A stretch of DNA of 63,384 bases, filler included, from Octopus bimaculoides (GCF_001194135.2; 5 parts of 5 records of this genome joined end to end with filler, not necessarily neighbours in it), one strand, 5' to 3'; shown: positions 25,220 to 40,275, numbered from the whole stretch's first letter. Program-made: numbers and translations. Notes: generated from the sequence alone by a model not told the origin.

Positions 25220-27535
25220 NNNNNNNNNNNNNNNNNNNNNNNNNNNNNNNNNNNNNNNNNNNNNNNNNNNNNNNNNNNNNNNNNNNNNNNNNNNNNNNNN
25301 NNNNNNNNNNNNNNNNNNNNNNNNNNNNNNNNNNNNNNNNNNNNNNNNNNNNNNNNNNNNNNNNNNNNNNNNNNNNNNNNNNNNNNNNNNNNNNNNNNNN
25401 NNNNNNNNNNNNNNNNNNNNNNNNNNNNNNNNNNNNNNNNNNNNNNNNNNNNNNNNNNNNNNNNNNNNNNNNNNNNNNNNNNNNNNNNNNNNNNNNNNNN
25501 NNNNNNNNNNNNNNNNNNNNNNNNNNNNNNNNNNNNNNNNNNNNNNNNNNNNNNNNNNNNNNNNNNNNNNNNNNNNNNNNNNNNNNNNNNNNNNNNNNNN
25601 NNNNNNNNNNNNNNNNNNNNNNNNNNNNNNNNNNNNNNNNNNNNNNNNNNNNNNNNNNNNNNNNNNNNNNNNNNNNNNNNNNNNNNNNNNNNNNNNNNNN
25701 NNNNNNNNNNNNNNNNNNNNNNNNNNNNNNNNNNNNNNNNNNNNNNNNNNNNNNNNNNNNNNNNNNNNNNNNNNNNNNNNNNNNNNNNNNNNNNNNNNNN
25801 NNNNNNNNNNNNNNNNNNNNNNNNNNNNNNNNNNNNNNNNNNNNNNNNNNNNNNNNNNNNNNNNNNNNNNNNNNNNNNNNNNNNNNNNNNNNNNNNNNNN
25901 NNNNNNNNNNNNNNNNNNNNNNNNNNNNNNNNNNNNNNNNNNNNNNNNNNNNNNNNNNNNNNNNNNNNNNNNNNNNNNNNNNNNNNNNNNNNNNNNNNNN
26001 NNNNNNNNNNNNNNNNNNNNNNNNNNNNNNNNNNNNNNTATATATATATATACATATATATAGAAGTAAATATCTTTGCGTGCGTGCGTGTGTGCGTTTG
26101 TGTGTGCGTGTGTGTGCATGTGTGTGCGTGCGTCTGTTCGTGTGTTTGTGTGTGCGCGCGTGTTTGTGTATGGATCTTTAAATTGTTTTGCTTCCGGGTT
26201 ATGCAAAGATGTTGTATAGACGATGCAAATTATAGATAGAAAATTGAGGAGAAAGCGACAAAGGCAGCATAGCAAATAAGATGAACTATAAATAAGATTG
26301 TTTCTCTGTAGCAAGATTCTAAGTAGATAGTGAAATTAAGATTATCCATCTAGACTTGAAATTGTAGGGCCAATATATATTGATGTCGCCAATAAAATTT
26401 CCGAAGTTAATAGTAAATCGTGCCAACATCAGATCGTGTGCTACGTTCGTCATAAAATTTGATAAAATTAACTCTAGGAGTAGACATAGGAAGTTGTGTA
26501 AGGAAAAAGCCGGATATAAATTATTTATTCTGAGATTTTCACAATTGGATAATAAATAATTCTTCTAACTAGCACCACTATAAATAATAAACATTGGAAG
26601 CATTAAAGAACTCTAAGCAGAATGGCTCACTGACATTATCGCCAAGAAACACTAGTTTTCTTCAAATGTCCATTTAGCTCCGGCTGTAACGGCCTCAGAT
26701 GTAATGGAATTATGGGAATGTTTTAAGAAACGCTAGATCTTTTATAAACATGCAGTCGTTAAGTATTGCACTAGACTTCCCTTTATAGATAAAACGTTAG
26801 CATTATATATTATCAACTTACCTTGCATTATTCGTTCTGACAATGCGATTATTAATTGGTTGTTTCATATTGATTTGCCCGATATATACAGAAAGTTGTT
26901 GTGTACTTGCTAGATAACCCTGCAACGTCATAGTTTTTCAATTAATGCCACTTGCTAAGTAATGATTTAAATACTGATCAATATCTTTTCAATAATAATA
27001 ATATTCCGTAGATTATTTCTCTACGCAATGTTGACGCCTCTTTCTCTCGGTTCTGTTTATGGACCGAATTTAACTGGACACCAGCTCAGAGTTAGCAATA
27101 ATGAAGTTAGAAAATTATTGCCTTCAGTGACGGGCTATTGAGAATGTGTCTCCTCTGATAGAAACAAGCTAGACAATAAGCAATTATAAGCTGCAATAAA
27201 TATGCAGGAAATGTTCAAGACTTTCTTACGTACTTCTGGCTATACTATCGCAATACTTTCAGGTTTTTCTGTGAGACAAAATACTGAGGTACGTAGTGAT
27301 TTTCTTTTATATGATGAGGGTTTTCGCAATTAATTTCATTGATTTTGTTATGGAACTAATCATTTTCTAGTGTGGAGCGACTGATAAATGTGAGGTGAAG
27401 AGCTGGTCGTTATCAAAGGCTCCAACTTTCCATTACAATTCTAATTTGGAAATTTGGATTGATTTAATATAAAACTGAGATGAACATGTAAACTAAAACA
27501 TGGGCCAATGCGGTATTGTAGCATAATGACTCAGT

Positions 27536-27536
<1 letters not shown>

Positions 27537-27600
<64 letters not shown>
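27537..27600. repeat. (ACT)n microsatellite
   Basis: Directly visible. Confidence 0.98.
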
Positions 27601-27601
<1 letters not shown>

Positions 27602-28180
27602 ACACAAACACACACATATATATATATTCATATGCATATGTATATATATAAATATATATATGTATATATATATATATATATGCATATATATATATATATA
27701 TATATANNNNNNNNNNNNNNNNNNNNNNNNNNNNNNNNNNNNNNNNNNNNNNNNNNNNNNNNNNNNNNNNNNNNNNNNNNNNNNNNNNNNNNNNNNNNNN
27801 NNNNNNNNNNNNNNNNNNNNNNNNNNNNNNNNNNNNNNNNNNNNNNNNNNNNNNNNNNNNNNNNNNNNATATGTATATATATAAATATGTTTTCCATATA
27901 ATATTAGTGTACATTTAAACACAAGAGAGGTGACCTTTAACAGGCAGCCTTACACAGTAGAAGAAGCAGTCAAAACGACCAAAACCGCATTTAAGAGCAA
28001 TTTCGAAGGGAATGAAAAATAAAAACTTTTACCTTGTTTTTTTACAGCCATACCTAGGTTTCGAACTCTAATTAGCAAATAAAATAATTTGCTAGGCGGA
28101 GTTCTCATCAGTGACTACGCCAAAACATTAACATATAATTTACAGACAGAATATATGAATATATATATATATATATATAA

Positions 28181-28211
<31 letters not shown>

Positions 28212-28666
28212 TACCTATGGTTGTGTATGCATGTAAATCTTTTACTTGTTTCGATCATCAGACTACAGCTCCATGCTGGGGCACTGTCCTGCAAGGTTTC
28301 GATCCCAGTACCTTATTATTTAAACGTCATACTTCATTCTTTCACCGATCATCAATTAATGTATTCAATCTGTATCTTCAATTAACTTTTATTGGAGTCT
28401 CTTTTCCTGTTTTATTATACTTTGTTTTTGCTTGAGTTTGCCTTTTGTGTGTGTGCGTGATATGGTGTCATGTGTATGTGTTCGTGCGTGCGTGTGCGTC
28501 TGTGCACGTTTTGTGTGCTTGTATTTGTCCTCAATCCCGCTTGACAACCGGTAGTGGTTTGTTTACGTCCCCATAATACAGCAGTCATCAAAATAATATA
28601 ATATTCTTCAGGCCGATGCTTCAGTATGGCCTCAGGCTGACATAATTAAAAGATAGAAATAATATA

Positions 28667-28713
<47 letters not shown>

Positions 28714-28909
28714 NNNNNNNNNNNNNNNNNNNNNNNNNNNNNNNNNNNNNNNNNNNNNNNNNNNNNNNNNNNNNNNNNNNNNNNNNNNNNNNNNNNNNNN
28801 NNNNNNNNNNNNNNNNNNNNNNNNNNNNNNNNNNNNNNNNNNNNNNNNNNNNNNNNNNNNNNNNNNNNNNNNNNNNNNNNNNNNNNNNNNNNNNNNNNNN
28901 NNNNNNNNN

Positions 28910-28986
<77 letters not shown>

Positions 28987-29102
28987 GTATAGTTGATAAC
29001 GCGACCCAAATGCCAATTAATGTAGATTGAAACCTGTTAGCGGGTGTTGGAGTCAGTCTGTGAAGAAATGATACAGACTGAGGCAATTACGACGTTATAA
29101 TT

Positions 29103-29136
<34 letters not shown>

Positions 29137-29866
29137 TAATAAACAAATAAATAGAGAGCAAGTGGGATTTAATGCAAAAGGCAGACGTTAATGATTTTTC
29201 TTAATCAAGAAATCCCAGACAATGATGCATAAAGGCGGCATGAAGACATATTCTTGGGAGGGAGGAGAAAGAGGAGCAAGCTGCGAAAGATAAAATGGGT
29301 ATAAGGAGGGAGGAGAGGAGGAAGAGGAAAATGAGGAGATAAAGAGGGGAGGAGAAGGAGGAGAAAAACAGCCGATCAAATTGCTTCAAATACATATTCG
29401 GTATTTGTGTTATTGACTCTGTGAGAGATGAAAAATAAAGTCGACCATGGCGAATTTTGAACCTTAGCAGAGAGCGAAAATAAAATATATTTAGAAATGT
29501 ATTTAGTCTAGCATTTGACCGCCTTTGCAAATCCATATCCCATATCCAGACAAATAAACCTCTGTCACTTCTTGACACAAATGTTAAAATTATAGCATTG
29601 ATGTAAAAATTATAGCATTGATCTTGATTTATCGATCTGCAAGTTGTGAATTTGTTCCTGTTCCATCGATCCTTAAGTTGAGAAATATAGCCAGACTATT
29701 AGCAAAGTGCAGCAAATTCTGAAATTCCAATGTACGAACAAAAGAATAAGACAAAATATATGAATAAACAAAATAACATATTTCTAAATCTACACCGGCT
29801 TTCACATTACTATTTACAACTCCAATAAAATTTATGACGGAAATCAGGCAACATGTTATATACTAC

Positions 29867-30716
<850 letters not shown>

Positions 30717-31799
30717 AGTTTCATGAACTGAAAATAGTGGCTGATAAATTATATTTCCAAAATTTCAGATAAGTCCTGGGAGCAAGTTTTCCAACGCTAT
30801 ATAGCCTAGAGATACGAAGTTTTATTAAAGAACAGTAATATAAAAATCACTCTACTTCTTCCCTGTATTTGTGAGATGATGAAAATAGCGGAAATCATGA
30901 ATAATTTCTTCCACATTCCATCTCATCTTATTGAAATAGAAAGTAGACGAAATATTCGTAATTTTATTGATAATAATTGTAAAATGATATTAACGGCTTA
31001 GCTGAACATGTGGAGAAGTTTTAGTCGCTTTAGACACGAGGATAGTTGTTGTGAGGAACGGATCTTAGTCACCACTGATGGCCCCTTTTATAATATTGAT
31101 GTTTCTGTTATCATGCTCAACAGTCAATCAACTTTAATGAGATCCGAACGCAAAGGAAGGAATTAAATTCTGTATGATGTTTAAGACAGAAAAAATGTTA
31201 TTCATTTCCACAAATAGGCGCAAATATGGCTGTGTGGTTAACAGGCTCGTTTTGCAACTTCAGGATTTCCTGTGCAGGTGTGGCTGTGTAGTAAAAAACT
31301 TGGTTCCGGGTTCGGTCTAATTGCGTGGCATCTTCGGCAGGTGTTTTCAACTACAGCCTCGGGCCGACCAAACGATTTGGTAGACGGAAACTGAAAAGAT
31401 CCCGTCATATATATATATATATATANNNNNNNNNNNNNNNNNNNNNNNNNNNNNNNNNNNNNNNNNNNNNNNNNNNNNNNNNNNNNNNNNNNNNNNNNNN
31501 NNNNNNNNNNNNNNNNNNNNNNNNNNNNNNNNNNNNNNNNNNNNNNNNNNNNNNNNNNNNNNNNNNNNNNNNNNNNNNNNNNNNNNNNNNNNNNNNNNNN
31601 NNNNNNNNNNNNNNNNNNNNNNNNNNNNNNNNNNNNNNNNNNNNNNNNNNNNNNNNNNNNNNNNNNNNNNNNNNNNNNNNNNNNNNNNNNNNNNNNNNNN
31701 NNNNNNNNNNNNNNNNNNNNNNNNNNNNNNNNNNNNNNNNNNNNNNNNNNNNNNNNNNNNNNNNNNNNNNNNNNNNNNNCACACACATATATATATAGT

Positions 31800-31980
31800 A
31801 AATCCCCCTGAAAAAAACGAATAACAAACAACAACGCGAGGATGTGGTACACGTAAAGTATTAGCAGACGAGCAGGGAAGGGAAGAAAGGTGGTTTAACA
31901 TTTCGAGCAAAGCTCTTCTTCAGAAACAGAGGAAAGTCCAATAGAGAAGGAAGATGGAGGGGGAAAATCGCCAACAATTC
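31800..31980 (-). mobile_element. Penelope-like terminal repeat fragment carrying a hammerhead motif
   Basis: Contains the hammerhead below. The Penelope assignment is inferred from the known association of minimal type I hammerheads with Penelope-like elements. Confidence 0.5.
31893..31927 (-). ncRNA. Minimal type I hammerhead ribozyme motif
   Basis: Reverse complement GTTT-CTGAAGA-A-GAGC-ttt-GCTC-GAAA-TGTT-AAAC. Stem I gttt/aaac, stem II GAGC/GCTC, cores CUGANGA and GAAA, cleavage triplet GUU. Confidence 0.75.
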
Positions 31981-32029
31981 AAATATATATTTATGTATAT
32001 ATATGTATGTATGTATATACATATATACA

Positions 32030-32200
32030 TCTTAGACCTCCTTCGGTCATGACTGGCTTTGGGACTGCACTCACAAGTCTTTGGTCGGCCTGAGGCTATA
32101 GTAGAAGACACTTGCCCAAGGTGCCACGCAGTGGGACTGAACCCGGAACCATGTGGTTGGTAAGCAAGCTACTTACCACACAGCCACTCCTACGCCTATG
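32030..32200 (-). mobile_element. Family-B SINE 5' portion (well conserved head and core)
   Basis: Near-exact reverse complement of 6862-6960. Confidence 0.9.
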
Positions 32201-32854
32201 AAATTTGAAATCTGTCCGTGAGATTCGATCCTACTTATGTAAACATAACAGTGGCTCAAATCCTTCTTAGCATTGAACCATTTCACTAAATCGTCTGAGT
32301 TTAAATTCTGAGTTCAAATTCCGCCGAGGTCGATTTTGCCTTTCATCCTTTCGGGGTGGATGAATTAAATACCGCTTGCATTCTAGGGTCGATCTAATCG
32401 ACTGGCTCCTTCCCCCAAAATTTCGGGCCATGTGCGTAGAGTAGAAACGATTACGTAGTCACTTTAACTGTCAGAAATAGAAACCAAATCTCCCTCTAGT
32501 TACATCCTATCATCTTAAAACTGGAGAAGCATAAGAAAATCTAATCTTAAATACCCTATCTCAACAAAAGACGGAATGATCCATCTGGAATACTTTTAGT
32601 TATAAGTCTGCTCATTAAAGGTTAAACGAGAGCAACATCAATTTATTCTGGTCATCAATGACAAAAATAATTGTTTTAAAATTTGGCTGAAGGCCAAAAA
32701 TTTCAGTGGGCTGCTGAGATGGTTACATCGATTCAACTCTTCAAATGGTACATGTTTTATCGACCGAGAAACGATCTCAGCGAAATTTCAACTCTGAACA
32801 TAAAGCGCAATTCTGTCCGGTGCGCTAACGATTTTACCAGATAGCCACCAAACC

Positions 32855-32908
<54 letters not shown>

Positions 32909-33223
32909 CTGTGCTGCCTAAGAGCAAGCACTAAGAACAAACTACATAAAATACAGAATAGACAACACAGCAGAAAGTGATAAGTGCAGAATCTGTGGAC
33001 AAAACGGTGAAACCGTATGGCATATTACCAGCCAATGTACGCCACTAGCCCAGAAGGAATATAAGAGACGCCACGATAATATAGCCAGGCTTGTCCATTG
33101 GACACTTTGCAACAAGGATAGATAGAACAGAGCAACAAATTGGTACGACTACAAACCTGAAGGCATCGTCGAAAATAGAAATGCAAAGATCCTATGGGAT
33201 TTTATACTTCAGTGCGACCATGA
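32909..33223 (+). mobile_element. Internal fragment of the R4/Dong element (CCHC zinc-knuckle region)
   Basis: Aligns to 57981-58295 with about 17 mismatches in 315 bp (hand count). Confidence 0.95.
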
Positions 33224-35552
33224 TACATATACATATATACATACATACATTTATCTGCGTGTGTGTATGTGTTTATGTGTGTGTGCGTGTAAGTGTGTAT
33301 GTTTGTGTTTTGTCAGTCCCCACATTACTTGTCAACCATCTTTGTTTATGTCCTCGTAACTTACCGCTGCGGCAAAGGCTACCGACAGAATAAGTGCCAG
33401 ACTTGAAAAGAGAATAATGGTTAGACTCTGTTCGACTAAAACCTTNNNNNNNNNNNNNNNNNNNNNNNNNNNNNNNNNNNNNNNNNNNNTTAATTAATTA
33501 ANNNNNNNNNNNNNNNNNNNNNNNNNNNNNNNNNNNNNNNNNNNNCTAATCATTAGGAATCAATAAATTATATTAGATCGGCATTGCTTGAATGTATATA
33601 ATTTGTATATTCTGAGTTCGAATTCTGCCGGTACGAAATTGCCTTTCATATTTCAGCAGTTGTTCGTGATAATGTCAGTGATATACTATGTTGATTTATT
33701 CTGCTACAAACAATGCAAAATGTCTCTGCAATGAAAAATGTTGGCCAAAAACCAAGTTCAAAGAAGTCAATATATTAGATTTTTACTGAAATCGAACAAA
33801 TTAAGTTGCATTCACCTTCGGCTGTATCACTGATGATATTTGTCTTTTTAACTATGGGAAAATACTTGTAAAGAAATCTGGTTAAATTTGTTCTGAAATT
33901 TCTTTTTGTTCCTAAACCATGATGCATATAGTTCGAATCATATCTTTGCACATCAATGATATAAAAATACACTGTATTTTATCGTATATGGACAGTATTA
34001 ACCCACACTAACACTTCATAATAACATCCTGCAGGAACAGCTTATGTTAATACCCTACATTCAGACCCGACATTAAGACCCTATTTCGACATCACACGAT
34101 ATTACAGTTATTCGTAAGGGGGCACCGGAAATAATGTCTGGCAAAATTTCTTCTGACTTAACCTTCAAATTTACGTTCAAATGTCACCAGGTTCGATTTC
34201 GGGGTCAATAAAATAAGTGCCACTTGAGCATCGTGGTCAAGCTAATCGGCCTACTTCTTCCTACGAAATTACTGATCTTGTGCCATAATTTCACACCAAT
34301 ATTACAGATATTAGTATCTGGAAAGTTATATCCCTCATTAAAACATCCTAGTAACGTCCTATGATAAGAGCCAGCATCAACATCTCATAGTGACACCCCG
34401 CATTACCATAGTGTTTCAATATCTCACAGAATTACCTGTTATTAGCAAATTGTGAAGAATTGACTGAAATGTCTATTTTTAAAATGTAGGATCTTATTCA
34501 ATGTCAAATCATTAAGATGCTGGTAAGAAATATATACTGAAATGTTGATTATCTTATTAGCTTATCTAGTGAGTGTTGCTTTTCATCTGAAGGGTAACTC
34601 TAGAAATAAAGATTTTCCACATGTATAATATCAGTAGATATGGCATACGTACAAAACTCTAATTTAACATTTAATATTTTCACATTAAAAATTCCGCTGA
34701 TCTCGACTTTGCCTTTTATCCTTTCGGGATCGATAAATTAAGTACCACTTGCATATTGGGGTCGATATAATCAACTGGCCCTCTCCCCCAAAATTTTGGG
34801 CCTTGTGCTTAGAGTAGGAAAGAATATTTGCACATTTAAATTTCAAATATCTGCAGCTCTTATGTTAACTCTTCCTGTATTTTAAAATGATGAAATGAAT
34901 ACTAATTTTTCAGAGAAAAATATTTATACGCAAAATTTAAACGAAACACATTTGCCCTCTGTATATTTGCAATAAATAGATGTTATTACTTTCCTAAATT
35001 TTATCAATATAATCGCAATCTAAAATCGAAAATCTATCTCTGCACAATTTCGTAAAAAATATATATTTTCAGAAAGTGATATGACACCCATCTCCAGCTT
35101 TTATGTTTTCCCTTTTTGTATCTCTCTTACTCTCTCTCTAAATGATGTAAAGCGTGGAGAAATCAGGAAACCAACCAACCAACCAACCGACTAACATTTA
35201 TATCGGCTATTATGAAAATAAAGGACGGTGAACCGACAAAGACGTTAATGTCGAAAAAATGTCTTCCTGACTCTTACCGTTTTGAGTTCAAATTTCGCCT
35301 AGATGAGGTTTGTCTTTCGTCCGTCCGGGGTTGATAACATAAAGTAACAGTCAGTTATAATTAGTGTGCCCACTCCTCATAAATTTAAAATCGTTAAGGC
35401 ATCGGACAAAATGCTTTGCAGTATCTAGTTGCATCTTTAGTTCAAATCCTGCCGTAGTGAACTTTGCCTTTCATCCTTCCGGAATGAATACAATAATGTA
35501 CTTGTCAAATACTTGTTCAATTTAACCAATTTCTCCCCAAATTGCTCGTTTT

Positions 35553-35612
35553 GTATCTAAATTAGAAGTACCGTATCTAAATTAGAAGTACCGTATCTAA
35601 ATTAGAAGTACC
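35553..35612. repeat. Exact 20-bp tandem triplication (GTATCTAAATTAGAAGTACC)x3
   Basis: Directly visible. Confidence 0.95.
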
Positions 35613-36098
35613 GGCTTATAAGATGCATTCTTATTTTGCTATTATATTTTTGGTAAAAAATAGTATGTTTCATCATACATCTATTGAAAGATATTTTAAG
35701 GTGGTTTTGTAGAGGAAAATGTGTGATTCTGTACATATAAACACAATCCCGTGATAACATACTGTAATAAAGTATGAAACCATACTTTATACGAGAACCG
35801 TAAACGTTATACGAATACCGTATTTAAGTTTTATCTTATTTCAGACTAGCTGTATAATGAGATGACGTGAACTCTCCACATAACTGTCGACGTATTGTTA
35901 GCAACTTTTAGTAAGTTTGTGCTTGTTGTCAATATTTTATTATCAGCAACAATTATAGTACCTAGCAAACTTATTTATATTTATTTGACTCCTTAGTCTA
36001 CAACACCCGGTCTCTCATAGGGCTGCATTAGACGCAGGGCAATTTTTGATACTTTTAAAACAAACAAAAGAAAGCTTCTTATACACCGGCACATACGG
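35609..36098. mobile_element. pogo-like non-autonomous element (MITE)
   Basis: Left CCGGCTTATAAGATGC versus right-end reverse complement CCGTATGTGCCGGTGTATAAGAAGC, plus a subterminal GCTGCATTAGACGCAGGGC motif. No ORF. Confidence 0.55.
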
Positions 36099-36119
36099 CG
36101 ACTATCATTATAAATTTTA

Positions 36120-36364
36120 AGATCGATGGGCTGGCAGAATCATTAGCATGCTTGACAAAATGCTTAGCGGTATTTCGTTCATTTTTATGCTCTGACTTCA
36201 AATACCGTTGAGGTCGACTTAGCCTTTCATCCTTTCGGGAATAGATAAAATATATACCAGTTGAGTACTGGGGTTGATGTAATCGACTAATCAATCTCTC
36301 CTCCTAAATTTCAGGCCTTGTGCATGTAATAGAAAGGATTATTATTATCATTATTATTATCATC

Positions 36365-36424
<60 letters not shown>
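36120..36424 (+). mobile_element. Family-C SINE with (ATT)n tail
   Basis: CTGGCAGAATCATTAGCA...GAGGTCGAC...GGCCTTGTGC...TAGAAAGG followed by (ATT)n. Confidence 0.85.
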
Positions 36425-36425
<1 letters not shown>

Positions 36426-37670
36426 GAAATATCAAACAGAATACAACACGTAAGAGGTAGATAGATAAAAAGATAAAAATAAAAAGAGATAGAAAGAGAG
36501 AGAGAGAGAGAGAGGAGTAGGGGCAAAATAGGGGGAAAGAAATCAGAATAGTTTTGTATTGAAAATGTTTACTCAGCAAGCTGTCAACATTCTCTGATCA
36601 GGATTTTCAATTTGTTATGTCCCCATTCATCTGTATTGGCGCGTTTATGGTCAATAACAGGCCATATGTAAATTTGATAGTCTATTTTCTCGAAAAATGC
36701 CTGTTATGAATTCAAATATTTGACATGCTATGAAATGTAGAAGTAACGACAGAAGCGTTTAAACGTTGGGGTTATGACATCATGTAAAAACGAAAAGAAA
36801 CTGGCGAAATTACAGTTGATCTATTTGAGCAGAAAGTTTGTTAGAAACCTCATGGGTCCTGGAGGCTTAGGAAAAATATTATATCATATATTGACTCACC
36901 AACGTTTTTGTTTTGGTAAACATTGAGAAACAAATGTTCAGAAGGAACTTCAATCATAATGATTAAGGTGTGAGAAAACTCATGGGGGGCTAACTTACTA
37001 GAGAGGACGACGTAGGCCACAACATAAAGTATCCTTCCCTATCAAATGTAAGAGTTTTTCAGAGACATTGGAAAACGTTTAGGAAAACATTACGCGACAA
37101 TATGCTGATTTTAACATTTTTACTTCGATAACATTACTTAATGTCAATCGTCCAATAGTCTTTGATCTTGCCGTTATTGCGTAGCTCTAAGTCACCTCAT
37201 TGGAATAGACTTGTGATGAAAGGCGTTCTAGTCAAGACCATCCAGTCTTTCATTCAGATAGTTTATTTTGAAAACTGCATTATTTAAATGTTCTCCCTTA
37301 TTTTTAAAGAGAGTAGTCTGTGATTTGAGGGAAATTTACCTGCAAGAAGTTTTAAACTGGAATAGATCTAGTTATTATGGGAGACAGATTTTTTGTGTAA
37401 CGAAGAACAAAATACTAAATTAGCATTAGAGGCATTCTAATTCAGAATCATCGACTCGACTCAAATGATAAAAAAAGGTTATATAAATCTTACTTTAGAA
37501 TAATGGCATTATGTGTGTATTTTTTCTCCTTTTCAAAAGTTAATCAAATTTCATCCATCTATGCATCCATCCATCCGTCCTTCCCTCTGTTTGCCTGCCT
37601 GCCTGCCTGCATGTCTGTCTGTCTGTCTGTCCGTCTGTCTCTATATGTAGGTGTGTGAGTAAATATATAT

Positions 37671-37707
<37 letters not shown>

Positions 37708-40271
37708 GATATTTCGGATTTGAAAATACGTATAAATAATATTGTCTTAATTAAATTCCCACACGTCAGTTAGAAAAATATCAGAAACATGATCGTTTAA
37801 GATCGAACAATTTCGCGATTTCAGCAAAATTTTGGTAGCTTCCAGCTGTTACGGTCTAGACACATACAGAGATGTGATATCTAATCTAGATATATATATA
37901 TATCAATATTGATTTCTCTCCTCCTGACACTATGTACATTAATATATCGACAAACATGATCAATTCATTACAGAAGCGAGCAAAATTATTCCATTACGGC
38001 TCCTCACTTCTCTTCAGATATTAAAACAGGACGCTTTGTTACATAAAAAAATCTGTTCCCCATATTGGTAATCAAAGAAAATGTCTTTATATAATTGGAT
38101 AACAAGAAAGAAGGCAACCTTTAAAAAAATCATATACATTAGATAATGTAATCCTAGATAACTACTGAAAATAATGCAATCCTAAATGTAAAAGAAAAAA
38201 AAATATATATGGAACAATTACGCTCGAAATGCCTCTGATCATATATCTATTCAATTAGAGACGAATTGGGGCCAAACACCACCGACGCCGCCACCAGCGA
38301 CAACAATACTAGCGTTCTTCTGTAACACGACTAATCATATTTTTGTGTGATAAGCGATGTTTTTTTTTCTTTTGTTCAGAAACTACAATACACTGAGAAG
38401 AAAAGTGCCTCAAGAGAAAAATAATATATTTATATATGTTGTAATCCATTAATTCTCTTTATTGATGGGATTATTGTCAGTTCAGTTTTTAACACCGACG
38501 TAATATGAAGCAAAATAATGAACATAATCGCTTTCATGTGTGAAGCTATCTATTTATGTATGCCTAAGGGACTGCACAGTGGGATGGAACCCGAAAACTA
38601 GTTTCGAAACTAACATATTTACCACACAGCCATACTTGCTACCGTAAATATTGCTGAAAATTAAATTTATCCAATTTCTTTTATATTTTTTATACAAAAC
38701 TTTTGTTATAAAACTGGTCTCACAATAGAAGTACAGAGGGCTGTGTGGTGATAAAAGGTGATCAATATAGCCGAATAGTTAAGAAGTTCACTTTGAGGTC
38801 ATGAGTTCTAGGGTTTGATTCCACTGTCCGGCATCTTAGGCAAGTGATTTTACCACAGGTTTTATGCAAGCCGACCCTAGAATTAGGTTAACGAAAAATA
38901 TCTGTGGAAGCTTCGGATGGTTTTCCTTTGTAATTTAAAGATTTCATCCTGTCACAGTGGGTCATAATGTTTTCACTGAGAATCATGTAAATAGCATACG
39001 TATCTGTATTCAGCTACATAAAGAATTGACAAAGCAGTCAATATAACTCCTGGGGGTTTATGTGGCTATCAAACGATTTTGAGGATGAAGGGTGCTGAAT
39101 AATTAGCGAATTGCTTTTCAAACACAAATAAGATTCGATTTGAAGAAAGGTCAATGTGAAATACATCATGGATATTTTAAAAAATACTTTAGGCGATAGC
39201 GCGTCGTTGGCATACACATAGTAAATATGTAATGGCAGCAACCTAATTAGTGGGCCAATTAAGAACAAAAGCAGACATTTTATGCAGTTATTATAGATAC
39301 ACGCAATACTACTAAGCATTTATTGCCTATTCAGAATGGTTTCAGTTGTCCGACAATTTTGAATTTACTCTTTGCATTTTTTAAAATTCCGTATCCATAG
39401 CGGCAACCCTCAGTAGCAAGAAGTGCCGGCAGTATTTGCAAGAGTATTCAAAACTGGGACTTAAATCATTATTTGCCAATAAAACAACGCCTTTGTTCCT
39501 GTTATGGAATCTGGAAAGATTTTTATCTTTCATCTGATTTAAAAATATACAAAGGTCTTAATTTTCGGGGGATGGTTGGGGTATTGAAAGAAAATATCAA
39601 AGGTAAAATTTAACAATTTTCTTTTTATTTTAGAAATTTAAATGAGACGTTATCAACGACTCCTTGAAAGGGGTCAGTGGTATGAGATGTTTGTAAACCC
39701 CCGAGCTAAACACCGGCTAATTCAATGAGTATAGAATTCGGTGGGCCGAACAAGTGAATGGTCATCGTCGAGACCGACGGAGATCTATTTATTATAGAAA
39801 TCAGCCGAAATGTTAAAGAGAAGTACACAAGAAAGTATGGTCGTTGAAAGTGACTATAAAGTTATGTAAGTTTTAAGAATATTGATTCAAGGGAAGATAA
39901 AGGGTAAAAATAGACGTATAGAAGATAGTATGGCTATAAGTGGTGACCATTATATGAAATAGAAGTACAGTATAGTGCTCATGCACTGTAAGACAATTTC
40001 GATGTGAGAACTTCTCATATAATGTGTGTGTGGTTTTTTTAAGCTGTCATAGTAAAGAACATCATTATTATTTTTTTTTTATTCCTTAATGGTACAAGAA
40101 CTAGCTTTAACTACCCCATGGTCTATGCTACTCAAGTCTTCATTGATCATCATTAATTTAAGTTTCATGGTTGTCTCCCTTGCCTTCTGCTTTTAAAACC
40201 AGAACTAATCATTAAGATAATAATATATGGTTTTTCAAATTCTCGCTACTGGTCTAATGTGAATGAATTAC

Positions 40272-40275
<4 letters not shown>

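Noticed and set aside
33775-33972. Minus-strand ORF or micro-exon with AAG|GTGAAT donor
   Set aside because: Splice-like signals alone at this density are expected by chance, and no homology was recognised.
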